This document shows, in pieces, positions 55,465 through 64,000 of a stretch of 64,000 nucleotides of DNA. This DNA comes from Eledone cirrhosa (taxonomy: Eukaryota). Under the pieces are notes generated by a model. It saw only the letters and a list, made by a program, of their open reading frames with translations. It was not told the DNA's origin and made no database searches. The first letter of the stretch is position 1, and each line of letters starts with the position of its first letter. Location: the NCBI GenBank assembly GCA_964016885.1, contig OZ024741.1, positions 104,966,001-105,030,000 of the forward strand, written 5' to 3'. The position numbers and the translations under genes are program-made.

Positions 55465-57095
55465 TATTACAAGGTGACGGCCTTTCCCCCTCTTCTCGTT
55501 TCCCTTGCTCTCTTTCCAATATCAAGTGAGCCCAACAACACGGGATTATAGTATGAACAGCAACAATAAGACCGTTAACCATTTGTTTTTTATGGATAAA
55601 CCTAAAATTGTATACTAAAAGCGACCAAAAGCTAGAAGGACTTTTAACAACTGTCAAGTAATTTAACAATAACATTAGCATGGAATTTGACCTTGAAAAA
55701 TGTGCCTAAGCAACGTTTAAAAGAGGAAAGCTAGCAAAAACATCACCTGTTAAACTCGATATAGATACAACCATACCGGAGTTAGACCCAGAAGGTACCT
55801 ATAAATATCTTGACATAAACGAAGGTGAAGGAATTAAACATAATCAAATGAAGGAGAAATTATGGAAGAATATTACAGAAGAGTAAGGCTGATCCTGAAA
55901 ACTGAATTAAATCCTAAAAACCATTTCCAGGCTATAAACACCTTAGCTGTACCAGTGATACAATACCGATATAACATCATCAACTGGAACTTATCTGATC
56001 TTCAAAAACAGCCAAAGAAATGCATCACACCAAGGCAGACGTAGATCGTTTATATTTGCCAAGACATGAAGGTGGAAGAAGACTAATTCAACTGGAAGTG
56101 TCATACAAAATAGCTACAATAAGCTTACAAGTGTACCTAGAGAGCTCCAATGAATGGATGATGGTGTTAGTAACAGAATACGAAAAGAAACTCCATTCAG
56201 TACTCAAAAAGGCAGAAAAGTACAGGAAAGAACTAAAAACTAATGACATACACCTAAATAATGAAGCTGACCTAATTCCAACTGAGGCAGCAAAAATCCA
56301 CAGAAGCTAGGTCTAAAACATTTAGAGAGAAATGGCAACAAAACCCTCTGCATAGCCAATTCCCACTTCCCACCCAAGATGCTGATGTAGATCAAGCACA
56401 AACCTATCAATGGCTACAAATTTCCGGATTAAAAGCTGAAACAGAAGGTTTTATTTTTGTTGCCCAGGACCAGAACCTCTTTAATTGGAGCAAATATTTT
56501 CAGAAATGGAGCAGACCCCAAATGCAGGATATGTGACGTACTGCTTGAGACAATTGACCATGTAATATCAGGATGCTCCACACTAGCACTAAGTGAATAT
56601 AAGATTAGACATCATAAAGTGGAGCAATATATCCACTGGATAATATGCAAAACATACAATGCAGAACATGCAGAAAAATGGTATGAACACAAACCACAAC
56701 CAGTAACTGAGACTGAAGGAACAACAATCCTTTTGGATTTTACCATTCACACATATCGCACTGTTAATGAAAACCACCCTGATATTATCATTAAAGATTT
56801 AAAAAGCAAGACCTGTTCACTCATTGACATGACTGTACCGTTTAATAGAAATGTGCCAGCAAAAGAGTATGAGAAACTTGTTAAATATAAAGATCTAGAA
56901 ATTGAGATAAACAGAATTTGGCCCCTTAAAACATAAACTATTCCGGTAGCGATAGGAGCTCTGCGTGTCACAAAGAAAGGTGTTCAAATGTTTCTAGAAA
57001 ACTTACATGGTAAACCTAGCATATACTGTATGAAATTCAAAAGATAGTTCTAACAAGTACAGCCCACATACTTCATATATCTTTGTCTTTGTAAT
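55465..57095 (+). mobile_element. Degraded R4/Dong-like non-LTR retrotransposon 3' half (RT end plus RLE endonuclease)
   Basis: MEFDLEKCA, INTLAVPVIQY, DVDRLYLPRHEGGRRL, KAETEGF..AQDQ, CRIC..ETIDHVISGC, RH, PDIIIKD, IDMTVP, KY. Confidence 0.85.
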
Positions 57096-57419
57096 ATATG
57101 TCAACATACAATCTTTTCTGTTTGATTTTTAGAGAAAATTTAATGAATATTTAATACTATTCAAATATCATGAATGCAAAATTAATTCATATTTTTATAC
57201 TCCTTTATACTTCTTTTTATCTCCACCTGCTCCTACCGTTTTATATTTTCTTTCTTTTTTTTTAAACTTATTTACCTATCAACTTTTGTGATGTGACTTG
57301 TTAAGTGAATGTGAGGAGGGAACAAAAAAAAAACCTATCCAAAACTGTCAAAACCAACGACGCCTGCACTAAGTGTCTGGTTGATACTCGGTAGACATTG
57401 CACATAAAGAGAAATAAGA

Positions 57420-57725
57420 AGAAAATACCCTATCTAGATACGATCTGGATGATCCGATGCGGTTTGTCCATGTCCACATTGGCGCATTTGAGAAATCCAG
57501 ATGGTACCTGTCAAACAATTTGAAATGTCTGAGCGGGTTTGCGAGGCTTTTAGACCCTCCTCCCATATCTGATAGCCCCACACAGTCCCAGTGTGCATCT
57601 AAGATACTGTTGCAGTTGCCCACTAACACTAAAGAGTGGGACGTTCCTAGAAAGGTCTCAAGGCTTCTGAAGAAACCAAGCCGCTCTGCTCCTGTCGGGG
57701 CATAGACAGCCACTATCCTGAAATC
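57420..57725 (-). mobile_element. Tx1/L1 APE endonuclease fragment
   Basis: AVYAP..LVGNCNSILDA..WTWTNRIGSSRSYLDRVF, homologous to the N-terminal part of the 35712-38834 ORF. Confidence 0.82.
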
Positions 57726-57727
57726 AT

Positions 57728-57935
57728 AGCCTTCGGATAAAGGAACACGTGAGAATGAGAGCCTCTTCCGTTAAAAAACACCTTGATAGATGCCGCAACC
57801 AAGACATTGATGTCACCATAGAGGCGACTGAAAGGGATATGGGAAATTCAAGGATTAAGGAAGCCATTTTCATCAGCCGAATAAAGCCAGGGATAAATAA
57901 TAGGTCAGAAATGCACGAGGCTGAATGGTTACTGG
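57728..57935 (+). mobile_element. PLE GIY-YIG C-terminal fragment
   Basis: RIKEH..RASSVKKHLDRC..KEAIFI..PGINNRSE, similar to the end of ORF 26308-27456. Confidence 0.78.
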
Positions 57936-58209
57936 CGGTACCCAGCGCATGCACATGCGTTTTACAACACATAGAGCAGTTAAGGAAGAAAACTCTGAAA
58001 ACTCTGATCGCTCGTTTGTTTTGTCTTGAGCTGTTCCAGCCCTACATCTGAAATATCATGCTAAAATACACTCGGTAAAACATTACTTTGTTTTGTTTTG
58101 TTTGTTTGTTGTTTTTTTTTTTTTGTTTCATTTGTCATCATTTGTCCTTCGAATTTTCTACTGCATTGTACCGGCTTTTCAAAAAAGAAAAATGTATTGA
58201 ACTTTTAAA

Positions 58210-58240
<31 letters not shown>

Positions 58241-58277
58241 CACGCGCACGCACATGCACACGCACGCACGCACACGC

Positions 58278-58397
<120 letters not shown>

Positions 58398-58710
58398 GAT
58401 GGCTGCAAACTCCGCTAAAAGTACTGCACTTGCTTGGAGGATTAACGAGTTTGGTGCACTTTTAGGCTACAGCCAGTCACACAAACCTGTAACATATCCT
58501 GAACAAACAATGCCTGTGCTTTGAAGGTTTTTTAAGTGGGGAAAGGCCTTGCACTCGACTAACTTCACTCTCCGAGCATCGAAAACACTACCCGAAAAGG
58601 AGAACTGGTCAACATGATCGGATACTTTCGAAGCCGCAGGGTTTTTTTTCAGAGTTTCCCTCTCCTAGAAAGGTGTTGTGAGAACAACTGGGGGCCTTTC
58701 ACTCCCAGGT
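58398..58710 (-). mobile_element. Diverged 3' half of the ~600 bp repeat family
   Basis: Minus strand: ctaggagagggaaactctg, gcacaggcattg, ends gagtttgcagccatc. Confidence 0.6.
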
Positions 58711-58712
58711 GA

Positions 58713-58743
<31 letters not shown>

Positions 58744-58744
<1 letters not shown>

Positions 58745-59353
58745 TGGTGGCTGCCAACTCGTTTTCGAGTACGGCCACTACTTTATATCCATGTAGGAGA
58801 ACCCCTACCGATGCGCTGAACGAGTGTGACTTTTTAGTCCAGCCAGCGACTTGAAAACTCTGGTACAAACACTACACCTGTGACAATTACTGACACATAG
58901 TGCTGGGCCCATGGTACCATGTGACGACAAGTGCAGAGAGATCTCCAGATATAAAGCAATGCCTGTGCCGTGAAGCTTTTATAGTGAGCAAAGGCACTGC
59001 ACAAAGCCAGTCCCACTCTCTTAACCAAGATGATATTTACCAAAAAGAAGAACAAGTCAACATCATTGGATACCATCAGGGTTGCAGGTGTTATATCAGA
59101 GTTTTCCTTCTCCTAGAATTCTGCCTTGACAAAGGCTAAGGGGTCATCTCTCCCGGTGATTTTGGATGGCCATTGACTCTTAAGAGCTCCTTTGCCCTTT
59201 GACGGGTTTTGTTTTTAGTCCTGCAGGATGTCCAAAGTCACCCTCCTCACCAAGAAACCTTGGTGGGGTTGCCAGTTTAGTCGCCAACGACCCGACCATG
59301 GGACAGGTTGTACTGGGATACATGTTACCAGTAGCACCAACTGGTGACCTGAC
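58744..59353 (-). mobile_element. ~600 bp repeat, copy 3
   Basis: Reverse complement near-identical to 17610-18218. Confidence 0.88.
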
Positions 59354-59483
59354 AAGATTTTCGTCTCGATCTCTATCGACAAATCGAACGGACGACAACG
59401 ACGACGAATCGTCGTAATCGTCACAGAATGGCAATTCCGCTGACGCTGCCGCCGACGACGACGCGCACCCCGAAAAGGGAAGC

Positions 59484-60695
59484 GACATACATACATATAT
59501 ATATACATATATACATACATACATACATACATACATACACATATACATACATACATATATATATACATATACACATACATACATATATACACATATATAT
59601 ACATACACATATACATATATACATACATACATATATACATACACACATATACATACATATATACATACATATATACATACATACATACATACATATATAC
59701 ATACATATATACATACATATATACATACATATACACATACATATATACATACATATATATATACATACATACATATACACATATATATACATACATACAC
59801 ACATACATACACACATACATACATATATATATATACACACATACATACACATATACATACATACATATATACATACATACATATATACATATATACATAC
59901 ATACATACACATATACATACATATACATATACATACACATATACATACACACATACATATATATATACATATATATATATACATATATATATACATATAT
60001 ATATACATACACATATACATACACATATACATACATATATACATATATATATACATACACATATACATATATATATACATATACATATACACATACACAT
60101 ACACATATACATACACATATACACATACATATACATATATACATACACATATACATACATACATACATACATATATACATATATATATACATATACATAT
60201 ACACACATACATACATATATACATACATACATACATACATATACACACATATACATATATATATACATATACACATACATATACATATACATATACATAC
60301 ATACACACATACATACATATATACATATACATACATACATACATACATACATATACATACATATACACATATACATACATATATATATACACACACATAC
60401 ATACACACATACATACACATATACATACACATATACATACATATATACATACACATACACATACATATATATATACACATATATATACACATATACATAC
60501 ATACACACATTCACATATACATACATACACATATATACATATACATATATACACACATACATATACATACATATACATATATATACATATACACATATAC
60601 ACATATACATACACATATACATATATATACATACACACATATACACATATACACATATACATACATACATATATACATATACATACACACATACA

Positions 60696-60727
<32 letters not shown>

Positions 60728-61029
60728 CATACATACATACATATACATACACATATACATACATACATATACATACATACATATATATACATACATATAT
60801 ACATACATACATATACATACATACATATATATACATACATACATACATATACATACATACATACATACATATACATACATACAGATACATACACATATAT
60901 ACATACATACACATACATACATACATACATATACATACATACATACACATACATACATACATATATTTATACATACATACATACACACATACATACATAC
61001 ACATATATATACATACATACATACACACA

Positions 61030-61063
<34 letters not shown>

Positions 61064-61077
61064 CATACATACACATA

Positions 61078-61111
<34 letters not shown>

Positions 61112-61216
61112 CATACATACATACATATACACACATACATACATACATATACATACATACATACATACATACATACACATATACATACATACATACATAT
61201 ATACATACATATATAT
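59484..61216. repeat. 1.7 kb compound (TA/CA/TACA) microsatellite
   Basis: Direct reading; source of the spurious 400-676 aa ORFs. Confidence 0.95.
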
Positions 61217-61824
61217 ATGGTGGCTGCCAACTCGTTTTCGAGTACGGCCACTACTTTATATCCATGTAGGAGAACCCCTACCGATGCGCTAAACAAGTGT
61301 GACTTTTTAGTCCAGCCAGCGACTTGAAAACTCCGGTACAAACACTACACTTGTGACAATTATTGACACAGTGCTGGGCCCATGGTACCATGTGACGACA
61401 AGTGCAGAGAGATCTCCAGATATAAAGCAATGCCTGTGCCGTGAAGCTTTTATAGTGAGTAAAGGCACTGCACAAAGCCAGTCCCACTCTGTTAACCAAG
61501 ATGATATTTACCAAAAAGAAGAACAAGTCAACATCATTGGATACCATCAGAGTTGCAGGTGTTATATCAGAGTTTTCCTTCTCCTAGAATTCTGCCTTGA
61601 CAAAGGCTAAGGGGTCATCTCTCCCGGTGATTTTGGATGGCCATTGACTCTTAAGAGCTCCTTTGCCCTTTGACAGGTTTTGTTTTTAGTCCCGCAGGAT
61701 GTCCAAAGTCACCCTCCTCACCAAGAAACCTTGGTGGGATTGCCAGTTTAGTCGCCAACGACCCGACCATGAGACAGGTTGTACTGGGATACATGTTACC
61801 AGTAGCACCAACTGGTGACCTGAC
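61217..61824 (-). mobile_element. ~600 bp repeat, copy 4
   Basis: Near-identical to copy 3. Confidence 0.88.
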
Positions 61825-61840
61825 ATATATACATACATAT

Positions 61841-62432
61841 ATGATGGCTGCCCCCTCGTTATCGAGTATGGCCATTGCACAATATAACATTATTAATAAT
61901 TATTAATTAATTCTATCGTGCAATGCCTGTGCGTGCAGATATTTTTTAAAGTGAGGAAAGACTGTGCACTGAGCCAATCCCACTCTCTGAGCGACAGTCG
62001 CTATAACCCGAAAAGAAGAAAAGATCAACATCGCCGGTAACTACTGAGCCGTAGGTTTTATGTCGGAGTTATCCCAGTTGCCTTCTCCTAGAAGAATGCC
62101 TTGACAACGGCTAGGGGTCCTTCACTCCCAGTGGTTTAACCGTGCGATCCAACCCGATTATTTCTATGTCCCGCGCATATTCATACACATTTACATACAT
62201 GTATGCACACATATATATATATATATACATATGTACACATTTTTGGATGGCCGTTAACACTTATGAGTTCTTCCGCCCTTTCTCAGGTTTTTTTTTCACC
62301 CTGCAGGAGGTCCAAAATCACCCTCCTCACCAAGTAAACTTGGTGGGGTTGCCGGTTTAGTCGCCGATGACCCGACCATGCGACAGGTTGTACTGGGTTA
62401 CAGTTACCAGTAGCACTCAAGAGTGACCTGAC
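61841..62432 (-). mobile_element. Diverged full-length relative of the ~600 bp repeat, interrupted by a TA-rich tract
   Basis: Same head (gtcaggtcactcttgagtgctactgg) and tail (gcagccatcat); ctaggagaaggc motif present. Confidence 0.75.
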
Positions 62433-62476
62433 ATATACATACACACATACATACATACAGACAGATAGACAGGCAG

Positions 62477-62810
62477 ACCATATGTAAAGATGTGGGACGG
62501 AAAAGAAGGCATGCACAGTAGTGGAATTTAGCTGCTCAGCAGATGCTAATATAATATCAAAGATCAGCGAAAAGAAGAATATCTATGCAGAACTAATGAG
62601 AAATCTGCAGATACTCCACCCTGACTATACCTTCAGATTTATACCTGTGATTATTGGGGCACTGGGCTATGTTAGTAACTGCCTCAATACAAATCTTGAT
62701 AAGCTAGGCTTCACAGGAACAGAAAGAACACAACCAGTTAGGAAATTAAAAGTACAATCCATTAATGGATCAGTAAAAATATGTAAAACATTCCAAAAAT
62801 ACTGCATCTA
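62477..62810 (+). mobile_element. R4/Dong-like RLE C-terminal fragment
   Basis: RPYVKMWD..VEFSC..K..Y..FIPVIIGALGYV..GSVKICKTF. Confidence 0.65.
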
Positions 62811-63201
62811 ATAACTGCATATACACATGTACATATACAAAGCATATGCACATGCACACATATAACACAAAACATACACATCCATACATACATTATCATC
62901 CATACCTGTATACACATGCATACATGCGGACAAACAGACATAACTACCTAGTTGATGTTGTTTAAATTCCAATGAGAGAGTCTTGTAACTATTTTAGAAA
63001 CCGACTCTCTTTCTATTGGTAAAAATGTATAAAATTATAAAACCAGAAGAACATACATACATAATAAACATAACAAACATATACATATATACGGTTGGTT
63101 TAACGGTATTTTCTGAGTGTTTTGTTTACGAGTTAGCACAATCAACAGTCATATTTGCATACAAACATACATACATACAACATGCATACATGTATACATA
63201 C

Positions 63202-63289
<88 letters not shown>

Positions 63290-63308
63290 GGATGATGATG
63301 ATGATGAT
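63202..63308. repeat. (GAT)n microsatellite
   Basis: Direct reading. Confidence 0.95.
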
Positions 63309-64000
63309 ATATATATATATAAACAATGCGGCTATATATATATATATATATATATATGGAAGCGGTGGTGTTCTCTATATACATAAATTGATTTGTTATT
63401 AATTTTTTCCAGCCTTCGCAGCGGCAATTCTTTAGAAAAGGGCTACAGTGGTGACGGTGATGTACAACATTTTCCTAAATGTCTACAGCTAACTTTCTCC
63501 TTCAGATGTTCTTAAGAAAACTGAAAGTATTTCGAGTACTGAAAATACCCAAATAACAGGAATGATTTCTACAACAGAAATAGCATCAATAATGACATAA
63601 TAAAGAATAAATGTGAACAAATGTGAAATCCCTGCAACAAAAAACTGTAATGATAACAACAATGACGATGGTTATATTATTAATAAAAGCAGTTATAAAT
63701 ATGCTCATGCATACTGGTCCAGGCCAAAAGTCTGACTGCAAAAATGACATTTTGAATTTTTTTCTCCATGTTTCGATATAAAATTAAAAACTAATTGTTA
63801 CAAATAACATAATTAATTTTACGGCGGCACCATGACACACGACGTATCTTTAGACATTTTAAACTTGGTGGGAACCATCCATTTCCAAGTCAGATATCAG
63901 CCGATTTCTTCCAGAGAGATATAGAGGAAAAAATCACCCCCAGTACTGCACAGGCAATTTATTTTTCAATTTCGAAACGATGGATGGCAAAATTGACACA

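Noticed and set aside
59180-61269. Long ORFs of 431-676 aa (and many YI/IY/VC-rich ORFs elsewhere)
   Set aside because: Translations of stop-free TA/CA/TACA microsatellites, not genes.
63411-63600. Terminal host exon after ttttttccag
   Set aside because: Only 30-35 codon frames with no recognisable homology.

Overview
AT-rich animal (metazoan) genomic DNA made almost entirely of transposable-element debris embedded in microsatellites, mostly (TA)n. The SINE complement (CORE-type and Meta-type tRNA SINEs) and microsatellite load suggest a mollusc such as an octopus, but this is inference. No host protein-coding gene could be supported. Recognisable elements: two degraded Helitron Rep/helicase copies and a non-autonomous Helitron; several Penelope-like element (PLE) remnants (RT and GIY-YIG); Tx1/L1-clade LINEs (one with about 3 kb of open ORF2); an RTE fragment with a 5' inversion; R4/Dong-like fragments; mariner, Chapaev3-like and pogo-like DNA transposon remnants; and a ~600 bp (TA)-flanked repeat in six copies. 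The main hidden signal, found by reading the sequence by eye, is about 24 type I hammerhead ribozyme (HHR) motifs from roughly 19 unrelated short non-coding sequence families. Nearly all sit in (TA)n tracts and many are arranged as tandem, terminally redundant or fold-back copies, like retrozymes or PLE pseudo-LTRs. They include non-canonical cores (compensatory U3-A8, U3.G8, U4A, U4C), and one tandem array ends at its own predicted cleavage site. All folds were paired by hand and none has been tested computationally or experimentally.
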